From: an uncultured Acidobacteriota bacterium | GTDB lineage: Bacteria; Acidobacteriota; Thermoanaerobaculia; Multivoradales; SZUA-115 | Length of the DNA stretch: 64,000 nucleotides | Assembly: GCA_963805975.1 (NCBI GenBank) | Contig: CAWDVR010000001.1 | Span: 1-64,000 of the forward strand | Direction of reading: 5' to 3' | Shown: positions 30,571-41,614 of the stretch, piece by piece | How the letters are laid out: every line of letters begins with the position of its first letter | How positions within the stretch are numbered: the first letter of the stretch is position 1 | Notes under the pieces: model-generated | Databases searched by the model: none | What the model was told of the DNA's origin: nothing | The model's input: the letters and a program-made list of their open reading frames with translations, nothing else | Translations under genes and position numbers: made by a program

Positions 30571-32549
30571 CCGAGCGCCTTCAGGCGCTGGACCTCCTCC
30601 GGCGTCAGCTCGCGGGTGATGGTTCCCGGCGTCGGCCGGCGCTTCGCGAGCCAGCGGTCGAGAGCCGCCGACAGCTCGGCCTCGATCGCCAGATCCTTCC
30701 CGGCGAGATCGTTCGTCTCGCCGGGATCTGTTTTCAGATCGTAGAGGTGGGCCCCGTCCGGGATCGCCGGGTTGCCGGCGCTCCGCACGTAGCGCCAGTC
30801 GGCGGTCCGCAGAGTGATCCCGAAGCGGTTCGCGTCTTCGGCGAAGACGGCGCGGCGACCCTGGCCGGGCCCGGCGAGGTCGACGCCGTCCTGCGGTGGG
30901 ACCTCGATCCCTGCCGCCCCGAGCACGGTGGGGAAGAGATCGATCGTCTGCACCAGCCCCTCCACTCTTCGCCCCTCCGCTTGGCCCGCTCCGGGTCGCC
31001 GCAGCAGCATCGGGACGTGCGTCGTGGTCTCCCACAGGCCGATGTGCCGATAGAGAAAGCCGTGCTCGCCCAGGTTCTCTCCATGGTCCGCGACCAAGGC
31101 GACGACCGTGTTCTCGGCGAGCCCCCGGCTCGCGAGGAAGTCCAGCAGCCGGTCCACCTGGTGATCCAGGTACGCCACCTCGCCGGCATAGAGGTGCCGA
31201 TTGCCGGCGAGGACGGGCTGGTCGAAGACCTCGGTGCTCGGGCTGCGGAAGGGGAGCCACTCGCGCACGGGCCCGAGCCCGGCCGCTGCGCTCGGGCGCA
31301 GGCCGAGCGCGTAGGGGCGCGGTGGTGTGTGCGGCGTGTGCGGATCGAAGAGATGGACCCAGGCGAAGAAGGGCCGCCGGCGCTCGGCCACCCAATCCAT
31401 GGCGGTCTCGACTCCCAGCTCGGCCGAGTAGTGCTCGTCCGCGCGGACCACGGTCTCGAAGCCCTGGCCGAGCCCTGAGTTGTGGTCGCCCAGGTGGCGC
31501 GCGGCGATCACGGCGAGCGTGTCGTAGCCGGCGCTCTGGAACAGCTCCGCCATCGTGGTGTGCGCCTTGGGCAGCGGCGTCTTGAGGTCGTATACGCCGT
31601 GGTTCTTGCCGTAGAGGCCGGTGAGGATGGACGCGAAGCTCGGGTTGGTGACATTGAAGGTGGAGTAGGCGTCGAGCCAGACCTCGCTTTCCGCGGCCAG
31701 GCGGTCGATCGCCGGCGTGAGGCTGGGGCCGGCCCATGCAGGCTCTCGGCCGGTACGGAAGGCGCCCACGTGGTCGGCGCGCAACGTGTCGATGCCGATC
31801 AACAGCACGTTCGGCCGCTCGCGCGTGCCGTGAGCGCCTTCTGCGCGCGCCCGACCGTAGACGCCGGGGCTCGCCCAGCGCACCCAGCGTTCACCGACCG
31901 GTGCTCCGGCCGGCGGATCGACCTGTACCAGAAGCTCGATCTCCCGGCCCGTCCAGCGCGACAGGTCCACTCGCTCCTGCGCCGGAGCGAAGGGCGGCCG
32001 GCCGGGAGGAGAGGGCTCCGGTGACACGCGATGGAGCTCGGTCAGCGCCTCGCCGTCGCGCACGCCGACTCGAAAAGTACAGGGCAGGGTCGCGCCCTCT
32101 TCGAGCAGCGGCGTGAAAGAGAAGTAGGCCTCTTCGCCCGGCGTGAGCTTCCAACCCAGACGCGAGCCCACGGCCTGCTCCAACACCCGCACCTGGCCGG
32201 CGGACTGGTGGGGATAGGTCGCGAGCGTCGCGGGCGGCACCTGCGCCAGATTGCGCATCTCCTCGGCACCGAGAAAGCCGATCGCGCGGCGAAACGGGGC
32301 TTGCGTTGCAGCGAGAGGAGAGATCTCGACGCGCGGCGCGACCTGCGTCAAGTCCAGGTGGTGCCAGGCGTGGCGGGATCCGCTGCGATCACAACCGCCG
32401 GCTAGCAGGAGAGAGACCAGGAGGACGGCGGGGCGGAGCGGTCGTAGCACGCGCGAGGATGTTAGCAGGCGGGACAGGCGCGTAAGGCTCGCCCGCCGCT
32501 TTCCGTCTCTTCTCCCAGAAACGCGCTTCCTCGAGGAAGCGGCCATCAA
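30561..32549 (-). CDS. Sulfatase-fold (AlkP superfamily) putative lipoprotein with Thr at the nucleophile position
   Basis: RPNVLLIGIDTLRADH, TNPSFASILTG, WVHLFDPHTP, ADHGE, LYDLKTDPGE, RLKALGY; lipobox-like LAGGC. Confidence 0.85.
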   Translation of the reverse strand: MMAASSRKRVSGRRDGKRRASLTRLSRLLTSSRVLRPLRPAVLLVSLLLAGGCDRSGSRHAWHHLDLTQVAPRVEISPLAATQAPFRRAIGFLGAEEMRNLAQVPPATLATYPHQSAGQVRVLEQAVGSRLGWKLTPGEEAYFSFTPLLEEGATLPCTFRVGVRDGEALTELHRVSPEPSPPGRPPFAPAQERVDLSRWTGREIELLVQVDPPAGAPVGERWVRWASPGVYGRARAEGAHGTRERPNVLLIGIDTLRADHVGAFRTGREPAWAGPSLTPAIDRLAAESEVWLDAYSTFNVTNPSFASILTGLYGKNHGVYDLKTPLPKAHTTMAELFQSAGYDTLAVIAARHLGDHNSGLGQGFETVVRADEHYSAELGVETAMDWVAERRRPFFAWVHLFDPHTPHTPPRPYALGLRPSAAAGLGPVREWLPFRSPSTEVFDQPVLAGNRHLYAGEVAYLDHQVDRLLDFLASRGLAENTVVALVADHGENLGEHGFLYRHIGLWETTTHVPMLLRRPGAGQAEGRRVEGLVQTIDLFPTVLGAAGIEVPPQDGVDLAGPGQGRRAVFAEDANRFGITLRTADWRYVRSAGNPAIPDGAHLYDLKTDPGETNDLAGKDLAIEAELSAALDRWLAKRRPTPGTITRELTPEEVQRLKALGYL

Positions 32550-32554
32550 GAGCC

Positions 32555-32583
32555 TTGACAGCCATTAACCTGGGAGTTAATAT
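32555..32583 (+). promoter_or_regulatory. Toxin-antitoxin promoter with a palindromic operator
   Basis: TTGACA-N17-TAATAT overlapping the perfect inverted repeat ATTAAC-N6-GTTAAT (32564-32581). Confidence 0.75.
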
Positions 32584-32980
32584 GCGCCTCGAGATCATTC
32601 GCAGCGGGTCCTGGCAGGTGCTCGCGGTCTGCTCGGAACGTCGGCAATGTCAGCTCTTGGACTTTCTCGGCAGCGTGGAGGGGTCTCTCGCGAAGGATGC
32701 ACGGAGGATGCTGGCGCTCTTTGCGCAGGTGGCCGAGCACGGTCCACCGCGGAACACGGAAGTCTCGCACCAGGTCGGAGCCGCAGTCTGGGAGCTGCGG
32801 CAGGGTCGCCTCCGGGTGCTGTGGTTCTACGACGTGGGGCGGATCGTGGTGTGCAGTCACGGGTTCGTCAAGCGCACCTCGAAGGTTCCCGCCCGCGAGA
32901 TAGACCTGGCGCGGGCGAACCGAGCCCGATACCTGCGCGCCAGAGAGCGACGGCAGATTGAGATCGCATGGAGGCGATGA
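32582..32980 (+). CDS. RelE/ParE (Gp49/HigB-like) toxin
   Basis: VWELRQGRLRVLWFYD...IVVCSHGFVKRTSKVPAREIDLA. Confidence 0.8.
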   Translation: MRLEIIRSGSWQVLAVCSERRQCQLLDFLGSVEGSLAKDARRMLALFAQVAEHGPPRNTEVSHQVGAAVWELRQGRLRVLWFYDVGRIVVCSHGFVKRTSKVPAREIDLARANRARYLRARERRQIEIAWRR

Positions 32981-33354
32981 TGAAGGCGAAGAGCATTGCT
33001 GAGCTGTATCGAGAAGCCGAGCATCACGACGACTACCATGCTGCGGCCGTGGCGAATATCTTCCTGGAAGTGCTGGTAGACGGGATGGAGAAGGGCGGGA
33101 TCTCCCGTGCCGAGCTGGCGCGTCGTCTCGGGACGTCCCCCGCCTACGTCACCAAGGTCTTGCGCGGCAACGTCAATTTCACGCTGGCGAGCCTGGTCAA
33201 ACTGGCCCGGGCTGTCGGAGGCGAGCTGCGGCTCGCCATCGAGCCGTCCAAGCCCGTCGAGGTGCGTCGCTCTACCCGGCCGGGGGTTGGCGGCGCCAGC
33301 GCTTGTGCCACCAGACCCACTGCTCGGGCGCGCGCCGCACCTGCCGCTCGATGA
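32968..33354 (+). CDS. XRE-HTH antitoxin (HigA-like), downstream of the toxin
   Basis: GISRAELARRLGTSPAYVTKVLRGNVNFTLASLVKLARAVG. Confidence 0.82.
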   Translation: MEAMMKAKSIAELYREAEHHDDYHAAAVANIFLEVLVDGMEKGGISRAELARRLGTSPAYVTKVLRGNVNFTLASLVKLARAVGGELRLAIEPSKPVEVRRSTRPGVGGASACATRPTARARAAPAAR

Positions 33355-34168
33355 CGGCGGTCATCGCGGCCGTGGCCGCGGTCTCGTCGGCCGGCAGGTC
33401 GAGCGCCGGGTAGAAGCGGGCGAGGTGCGTGCCGTCCGCCCGCCGTTCGATGAAGGCGGGGATCACGGCCGCACCGAGCTTGGCCGCGATCCTCGCGGCG
33501 CCCACCGGCGTGAAGGACGGGCGGCCGAAAAAGGGGACCCAGACGCCGTCGACGGGGGTGTCCTGGTCGATCAGCATGCCCAGCGCGCCGCCCCCCCGCA
33601 GGGTCGAGAGGAGCTGCCGCGCGGCACCGGCCCCGCCACGCTCGATGGTGCCGGTGCCGAACCGCGCCCGCAGCGCGAGCAGCAGGCGGTTCAGGTGGGG
33701 AGACTCGATCTCCCGTGCCACCACCTTCATGCCGAGGCCGCGCACGTTGATGAGCGCGGCGAGCAGCTCCCAGTTGCCGCAGTGACCGGTCAGGATCAGG
33801 ATCGGCCGGCCGGCGCGCCGGGTGGCCTCGACCTCCTCCCACCCTTCGACCACCGCGTAGCCTTCGAGATCCGCGCTCGAGCGGTGGAGCAGAAGGAGGC
33901 ACTCGGCGAGGTTGGTACCGTGGTGCAGGAAACAGCCGCGCGCCACCCGCCGGCGCCAGACGGCGGTCTCGGCGGGAAAGGCGAGCGCCAAGTGGTCGAG
34001 CGCCCGGTTGCGGTCACGGCGGGAGAGATGCCAGGCGAGGCGGCCGATCGCGCGGCCCGAGCGCTGGGCGAAGCGCCAGGAGAAGGGTGCGAGCAATGCG
34101 GAGACGGCCGAGAGCGCGCCACCCACGAGGCGGTCGCGCTGCGGATGCCGCGGTTTTTCGTTCCGCAA
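33272..34168 (-). CDS. lpxL: Lipid A late acyltransferase (LpxL/HtrB family)
   Basis: LTGHCGNWE, LGMLIDQD, VPFFGRP, PEQWVWWHKRW; last gene of the kds operon. Confidence 0.85.
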   Translation of the reverse strand: MRNEKPRHPQRDRLVGGALSAVSALLAPFSWRFAQRSGRAIGRLAWHLSRRDRNRALDHLALAFPAETAVWRRRVARGCFLHHGTNLAECLLLLHRSSADLEGYAVVEGWEEVEATRRAGRPILILTGHCGNWELLAALINVRGLGMKVVAREIESPHLNRLLLALRARFGTGTIERGGAGAARQLLSTLRGGGALGMLIDQDTPVDGVWVPFFGRPSFTPVGAARIAAKLGAAVIPAFIERRADGTHLARFYPALDLPADETAATAAMTAVIERQVRRAPEQWVWWHKRWRRQPPAG

Positions 34169-34170
34169 CC

Positions 34171-34740
34171 CTACGCTCCGGGAAGCAGGTGCTCCCAGAC
34201 GCCGCGCGCTTTGAGAATCAGCTCGATCATCTCGCGGACGGCGCCCTGCCCGCCGCCGGCCGAGACCACGACGTCGACTCGCGCCGCCACCTCGGTGGCG
34301 GCGTCGGCCGGGGCCAGGGAAAGGCCGCAGCGGGCGAGCACCGGCAGGTCGGGCCAGTCGTCGCCCGCGTAGGCCACTTCCTCGGCGGCGAGCTTGCGCC
34401 GCCGCAGGAACTGCTCGAAGGCCTGGGTCTTCTCGCCTTTGCCTCGGATCACGGCGTCGAGCTTCAGCTCGGCGGCGCGATGGGCGAGGGCAGGGTCGTC
34501 GCGGAGCGACAGGGTACCCACCTTGAGCCCTGCCTCGCGCGCCAGGCGGATGCCGAAGCCGTCCTTGGTGTGGAAGGCCTTGGTGACGCCGCCGTCGGGT
34601 CCGAAGGCCAGCCTCCCATCCGTCAGCACGCCGTCCACGTCCAGCAGCAGCCAGGCGAGCCGGCGCGACCGTGCCCTGAGCTCGGCAGGCCGCAGGCGGC
34701 AGAGAGGGCTCGACGGAGCGGGCACGCGCGGTTTGGACAC
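34171..34740 (-). CDS. kdsC: KDO-8-phosphate phosphatase (HAD)
   Basis: LLDVDGVLTDG, KAFHTKDGFG, AYAGDDWPD, GGQGAVRE. Confidence 0.9.
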   Translation of the reverse strand: MSKPRVPAPSSPLCRLRPAELRARSRRLAWLLLDVDGVLTDGRLAFGPDGGVTKAFHTKDGFGIRLAREAGLKVGTLSLRDDPALAHRAAELKLDAVIRGKGEKTQAFEQFLRRRKLAAEEVAYAGDDWPDLPVLARCGLSLAPADAATEVAARVDVVVSAGGGQGAVREMIELILKARGVWEHLLPGA

Positions 34741-34743
34741 GGC

Positions 34744-35748
34744 CTAGAAGATCTCCAGGCCCCAGAGATCGTGCAGATGAACGATGCCGATAAGCTTACC
34801 GTCCGGATCGCAGACGAAGAGCGAGGTGATGCGGTGCTCCTCCATGCTCTGGAGCGCCGCTGGCGCCAGCTCCCGCGGCTCGATGGTCCGCGGCCCCGGC
34901 CGCATGCACTGGCCCGCGGTGCGGGTCAGGATCTCCGCGTCATCGGCCAGCAGGCGCCGTAGGTCGCCGTCCGAGATGCAGCCCACCAGGCGGCCGCCGT
35001 CGTCCGTGACGCCAGTGATGCCGAGGCCTTTCCTGGTCATCTCGTAGATCGCCTCACGCATCGGCACATCCACGTGGACCGCGGCCAGCGCCTCGCCGGC
35101 GTGCATGAGCTGCTCCACCTTGAGCAGGCGCTTGCCGAGCCGGCCGGCCGGGTGCAGGCGTGCGAAGTCGTCGGGAGTGAAGCCCCTCGCCTCGAGCAGG
35201 GCCATGGCGAGCGCGTCCCCCAGGGCCAGCATGGCGGTGGTCGAGGCCGTGGGCGCGAGGTTCAACGGGCAGGCCTCTTTGTCGATCACCACCGCGAGAT
35301 GGACGTCGGCGTGCTGGGCGAGCGGGCTCTTCGGGTTGCCGGTCATGGTGACCAGCGGCGTGCCCAGGCGCTTGACGGTTTCCACCAGACGGATCAGCTC
35401 CTCGGTGGCGCCGGAGAACGAGGCCGCCAGCACCACGTCGCCGGGCACGATCACCCCGAGGTCGCCGTGGACGGCCTCGGCCGGATGGAGGAAGAGGGCC
35501 GGGGTGCCGGTCGAGGAAAGGGTGGCGGCGATCTTCTTCAAGATCAGCCCGCTCTTGCCCATGCCGGTGCAGACCACGCGGCCACGGGTGGCGAGCAGCA
35601 GCTCCACGGCGCGGTCGAAATCGCCGTCGAGCTGGTCGAGGAGCCCCCGCACGGCGGCGGCTTCGATCTCGATCACCTCGCGCGCCACCTCACGCGGGGA
35701 GCGCAGAGGCGGGCGTCGAGGCTGCTCCGTCCTCGTCCCCTCGCTCAC
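34744..35748 (-). CDS. kdsD: Arabinose-5-phosphate isomerase (SIS + CBS)
   Basis: TGMGKSG, FLHPAEAVHGDLG, EACPLNLAPTASTTA, ARLHPAGRLGKRL. Confidence 0.93.
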   Translation of the reverse strand: MSEGTRTEQPRRPPLRSPREVAREVIEIEAAAVRGLLDQLDGDFDRAVELLLATRGRVVCTGMGKSGLILKKIAATLSSTGTPALFLHPAEAVHGDLGVIVPGDVVLAASFSGATEELIRLVETVKRLGTPLVTMTGNPKSPLAQHADVHLAVVIDKEACPLNLAPTASTTAMLALGDALAMALLEARGFTPDDFARLHPAGRLGKRLLKVEQLMHAGEALAAVHVDVPMREAIYEMTRKGLGITGVTDDGGRLVGCISDGDLRRLLADDAEILTRTAGQCMRPGPRTIEPRELAPAALQSMEEHRITSLFVCDPDGKLIGIVHLHDLWGLEIF

Positions 35749-36593
35749 TCGGGGGCCGCCTCGCCGAGGAGCGCGCGCCGCACGGCCAGCACCGAATCGA
35801 TCAGCTCCTCGGCGCGATCCGGGTCGAGCTGGGTCGTGGCGTCGGATAGGGCCTGCTCCGGGTGCGGGTGGACCTCGAGGAAGATGCCGTCGGCGCCGGC
35901 CGCCACCGCCGCTCTCGCCAGCGGCTCGGCGAAGCGCCGGTTGCCGCCGCTCTCCTCACCGCCGCCGGGAAGCTGCAGGGAGTGGGTCACGTCGTAGATC
36001 ACCGCCAGCCCGTCGTCGTGCAGCATGGCGAAGCTCCGCATGTCGACCACCAGGTTGTGGTAGCCGAAGGACGCGCCGCGCTCGGTGATCACCACCCGTC
36101 CGTTGCCGGCGGCGCGCGCCTTGTCGGCCACCCGGCGCATGTCGTCCGGCGCCACGAACTGTCCCTTCTTCACGTTCACCGTCCGTCCGGTCGCGGCGGC
36201 GGCCACCACCAGGTCGGTCTGGCGGCAGAGGAAGGCTGGAACCTGCAGCACGTCGCAAACCGCGGCCACGCTTTCGCATTGCGCCGGCTCGTGGACGTCG
36301 GTGAGGAGGGGCAGGCCGGTCTCGGCCTTGATCTGCGCCAGGATGCGCAAGCCCTCTTCGAGGCCTGGCCCGCGGTAGCTCGCGATCGAGCTGCGGTTGG
36401 CCTTGTCGAACGAGGCCTTGAAGATCAAACCCAGGCCGCGGCGGCGGGCGAAGGCGGCGAGGCGCAGCGCCACGCCGAGCGCCAGCTCCTCGCTCTCGAG
36501 CACGCAGGGACCGGCGATGATCGGCAGCGCTGCGCCGCCGATCGAGACACCCGGCGCGATCTCGAACGGCACGAAGGAAGGGTGGTCCCGCAT
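35745..36593 (-). CDS. kdsA: KDO-8-phosphate synthase
   Basis: IAGPCVLES, KASFDKANRSS, PAFLCRQTDL, KKGQF, ERGASFGYHNLVVDMR. Confidence 0.95.
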   Translation of the reverse strand: MRDHPSFVPFEIAPGVSIGGAALPIIAGPCVLESEELALGVALRLAAFARRRGLGLIFKASFDKANRSSIASYRGPGLEEGLRILAQIKAETGLPLLTDVHEPAQCESVAAVCDVLQVPAFLCRQTDLVVAAAATGRTVNVKKGQFVAPDDMRRVADKARAAGNGRVVITERGASFGYHNLVVDMRSFAMLHDDGLAVIYDVTHSLQLPGGGEESGGNRRFAEPLARAAVAAGADGIFLEVHPHPEQALSDATTQLDPDRAEELIDSVLAVRRALLGEAAPE

Positions 36594-36600
36594 GCCTCGG

Positions 36601-38358
<1,758 letters not shown>

Positions 38359-39144
38359 CTAGAGTACCGCCTCGCGAGCCGCGCTCGCTCCGGCGAGGTG
38401 TGCCCGCGCCGCCTCGAGATCGGCGGGCGTGTCGACGCCCAGCGCCTCGCCTTCGACCACCAGCACCCGGATCCGGATGCCGTTCTCGAGCGCCCGGAGC
38501 TGCTCGAGCGACTCGCTCACCTCGAGCGGCGTCTGCGGCAGGCCGGCGAGGCGCAGCAGCGTCTCGCGCCGGTAGCCGTAGAGCCCGAGGTGCTTCAACG
38601 GCCGCGGACCGCCGGGCTGGCGCGGAAACGGGATCGGCGAGCGGCTGAAGTACAGCGCGTGGCCGCCCAGGTCGAGAACCACCTTGACGGCGCTCGGCTC
38701 TCCCATGTCGCCTTCGCCGGCCGGCACCGCCAGGGTCGCCATCTCCTCCTCGGGATGGGCGCGCAGGTGCTCGCCCAGGACCCGGATCAGCATCGGGTCG
38801 AGAATCCAGTCTCCCTGCACGTTGATCACCGCCCCGGCCTGCCAGCCGCGCGCCGCCCAGGCGATGCGGTCGGTGCCGCTGGCGCAGTGGGCGGGCGTCA
38901 TCTCCCACTCGCCGCCGAAGGCCGCCACCGCTTCGCCGATGCGCTCGTCGTCGGTCAACACCACCACCCGGTCGAGCCCGGCCTCCTCCGCCCGCCGGTA
39001 CACGTGCTCGATCAGCGGCCTGCCACCGACCTCGGCCAGCGGCTTGGCCGGCAGGCGGGTCGAGCCATACCGCGCCGGGATGGCGGCGACGATCGGACCT
39101 GGAGGCTGGGATGGCGTGGGAGACGGGGCTGCCGGGCGATGCAC
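38359..39144 (-). CDS. kdsB: CMP-KDO synthetase; start uncertain, GTG 39144 preferred
   Basis: IPARYGSTRLPAKPL, SGTDR, INVQGD, ALYFSRSPIP, ESLEQLRALENG. Confidence 0.93.
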   Translation of the reverse strand: MHRPAAPSPTPSQPPGPIVAAIPARYGSTRLPAKPLAEVGGRPLIEHVYRRAEEAGLDRVVVLTDDERIGEAVAAFGGEWEMTPAHCASGTDRIAWAARGWQAGAVINVQGDWILDPMLIRVLGEHLRAHPEEEMATLAVPAGEGDMGEPSAVKVVLDLGGHALYFSRSPIPFPRQPGGPRPLKHLGLYGYRRETLLRLAGLPQTPLEVSESLEQLRALENGIRIRVLVVEGEALGVDTPADLEAARAHLAGASAAREAVL

Positions 39145-39149
39145 GGCCA

Positions 39150-39179
39150 AATCTAAGGCGGCACATGGGGAGCTGTCAA
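39150..39179 (-). promoter_or_regulatory. Putative sigma70 promoter of the kdsB-pyrG-kds operon
   Basis: Minus strand TTGACA-N18-TAGATT; a divergent TACAAT lies at 39200-39205 on the plus strand. Confidence 0.55.
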
Positions 39180-39212
39180 TGTGAAGGGGGAGGGGGCAGT
39201 ACAATTCGGGCC

Positions 39213-40304
39213 ATGCCCGCCGCTCCGGTTGCCGAGCCCCGACCGCGCGGCTCTCGCGGGCGGCGGTGGCTGACGCTGGCGGCGCTGGCGCTCACCGTGG
39301 CCGGCATCGACCGCGCGGTCCATCCCTGGCTGGCGCGCCGCTTCTCCCCGCTGGGGCCGGCGGCCTGGATCTGGACCCGGGACTCTTTGCGCGAGGTGGT
39401 GCCACGCGCCTTCTTCCTGGTCAAGGACTTCGATCTCGAGATCGTGCCGCATGCCGCCGAGATCGCCGTGCAGGGTGACGAGGAGTACGTCCTCTACCTC
39501 AACGGCCGGCGGATTGGTTCCAACGCCTATGCCGAGGGGGCTGGCCTGGACCGCTACCAGGTGGGTGATCTGCTGACCCTCGGCGGCAACCGCCTGGTGG
39601 CCGAGCTGCGTAGCGGCCGGGGCGTAGGGGCTTTTCTGCTCCGCCTCGAGGCCTCTCCCGGTGGTCCGCTCCTGGTGGTGAGCGATGCCACCTGGCGCGT
39701 GCTGCGCCAGGCCAAGCCCGGGCTCGTGGCCGGCTGGCTCGCCCTCGACGAAGCCGAGCGGCCCCAGGTCTGGGGTCTGCCTCCGGTGGGCCGTTGGGGC
39801 CGGCCGGAGCTCGGTCCGGTGCGGCCCGTCCAGCCGTTCCTCGACGGCCGCGTGGAGCGCTCCCCGGCGCTCGCTCGCCAGCCGGTGAGCAACCCGGCCG
39901 CAGCGATCCAGGCCACGCTCTTCGACTGGGGTGAGGACACGATCGGCTACCTGATCCTGGCGCTGCCGCCCGAGGGTCTGCCTCCGAGCCTGCTGTTCGT
40001 GGGCGAGACCCCGCCGGACCCGGACCGGCAGGGCTCGTCCGGGCTCGTGCTCGCCCCGGCCGGCGCGTCGAGCTGGCGCGACGCCGTGCCCCGGCGCTTT
40101 CGCTACGCTCTCGTCGTCGGGCCCAGTGCACCCCTGGCAGCGTCGGTCGAGCCCGTCACGCACGAGCTCTGGGCCTCGTTGCAGGCCGTGACGCCTACCG
40201 TCCCCGGGGTGCTCGGTCTCGATGCGCCATCGCGGCTGCCGTGGCTCGAGACCGAGATTCGCCGCCGGCAGCGTGCCGAGGGCGCTGTGGAGAAGCCGCC
40301 CTAG
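39213..40304 (+). CDS. Membrane-anchored hypothetical protein with an alpha-L-rhamnosidase N-terminal-like beta-sandwich
   Basis: AAWIW, YVLYLNGRRIG, VVSDATWRV, FDWG; no catalytic barrel evident. Confidence 0.55.
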   Translation: MPAAPVAEPRPRGSRGRRWLTLAALALTVAGIDRAVHPWLARRFSPLGPAAWIWTRDSLREVVPRAFFLVKDFDLEIVPHAAEIAVQGDEEYVLYLNGRRIGSNAYAEGAGLDRYQVGDLLTLGGNRLVAELRSGRGVGAFLLRLEASPGGPLLVVSDATWRVLRQAKPGLVAGWLALDEAERPQVWGLPPVGRWGRPELGPVRPVQPFLDGRVERSPALARQPVSNPAAAIQATLFDWGEDTIGYLILALPPEGLPPSLLFVGETPPDPDRQGSSGLVLAPAGASSWRDAVPRRFRYALVVGPSAPLAASVEPVTHELWASLQAVTPTVPGVLGLDAPSRLPWLETEIRRRQRAEGAVEKPP

Positions 40305-40358
40305 CCGCCTCGCTGCTGCTATCCTGCGATTCGCTGGCCAAGACCCATCCAAGAGACG

Positions 40359-41609
40359 ATGTCGGACCCGCTCTCCCGCCGTACGGCACGCGGTTCAGTG
40401 CGCACCCCTTTTCAGGGTGAGATCCGCTTGAAGTACGGGCGCGACCGCGAGGTGGTGACCCGCACGATCGACCTCGGCGGCGGCGGTGTCTTCGTCCTGG
40501 CGCGGCCCCCGCAGCCGGTCGGGACCCTGGTCCGCTTCGAGATGCCGGTCCTGGGCGGCAGCCGCACGGTGACCGGTTACGGCGAGGTGGTGTGGATCCG
40601 CGTGCGCGACGATCCCAAGGCCGGGCCGGCCGGCATGGGCATCCAGTTCCGCTACATGGACGCGCCGGGCGAGACCTGGCTGCGCGAGCACGAGGCGCAA
40701 GTGCAGGCCCAGGCGGCGCTGGCGCCTCCGCCTCCGGCGCCGTCCCCGCCGAGCTCGGAGACCGGGCGGCCGCTGCCGCTCGTCCTGCCCGGCGCTCCTC
40801 CCAGGCCGGTGCCGGCAGCCGATCCTGCCCTGTGGCCGCCGGACCGGCTCGCGGTGCCGGAGGTTCCCGCCGCTACGAATGCGGCCGCCGCGTCGGCGGC
40901 GGACTGGGAAGGGGAGGACCCGTTCCCGGAGCCTCCGGAGCTCGGGCCGGCCGACCTCGAAGCCTTTGCCGGCGAGGAGGGAGGGGCCTCCCGCCGGTAC
41001 GCCCGGCCGCTCATCCTGGCCGCAGTCGGGCTGTTGCTCGTCGTCGCCGCCTTCCTCGGCCGGGCACTGCTCTCGCGCTGGACGGCGGACGAGCCGGCGG
41101 CGATCGCGGTACCGGTCGCGCCCCGGCCGTCCGCGCCCGAGGTCCCAGCGCCCGTGGCGGCCACACTTGCTCCACCCCCAATCCAGGGAACGGCGAGCCC
41201 GAGCCTTCCGCCATCGAGCCCGCGGACTCCCAGCTCGGGCGCCCCGGCGGCAGCGAACGGCCCCCTGACCCGCGTCGCCTCCATCACCTACGGCACGGTG
41301 CCCGGCGAGACGATCGTGGTCCTCGCCGGTGACGGCCAGATCCTGGAAGAGCGCGTCTCACGCCAGCGCCTCAACGGGACCGAGCCGCGCGAGCTGCTGC
41401 GCATCGCGGGCATCGTCGCGCCCTACGAGCCGGCAGTGATCCCCGTGGGCACCGGCGAGGTGGTCCGCATCCGCACCGGCCATCACCCGGGGCCGGGCGG
41501 CGGCGAGCTCTACGTGGTCTTCGACCTGCCCAGCCCCAAGGCAGGCGTGCACCACCTGGACTATCAGCCGACGGGCCTGCGGATCTATCTCAGGCGAAGG
41601 GTGAACTGA
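40359..41609 (+). CDS. PilZ domain, Pro-rich linker, TM helix, AMIN-like domain protein
   Basis: RGSVR (RxxxR), DLGGGGVF, GEVVWIR...GMGIQF; one TM segment; C-terminal VRIRTGHH...YVVFDL. Confidence 0.75.
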   Translation: MSDPLSRRTARGSVRTPFQGEIRLKYGRDREVVTRTIDLGGGGVFVLARPPQPVGTLVRFEMPVLGGSRTVTGYGEVVWIRVRDDPKAGPAGMGIQFRYMDAPGETWLREHEAQVQAQAALAPPPPAPSPPSSETGRPLPLVLPGAPPRPVPAADPALWPPDRLAVPEVPAATNAAAASAADWEGEDPFPEPPELGPADLEAFAGEEGGASRRYARPLILAAVGLLLVVAAFLGRALLSRWTADEPAAIAVPVAPRPSAPEVPAPVAATLAPPPIQGTASPSLPPSSPRTPSSGAPAAANGPLTRVASITYGTVPGETIVVLAGDGQILEERVSRQRLNGTEPRELLRIAGIVAPYEPAVIPVGTGEVVRIRTGHHPGPGGGELYVVFDLPSPKAGVHHLDYQPTGLRIYLRRRVN

Positions 41610-41614
41610 CGCCG

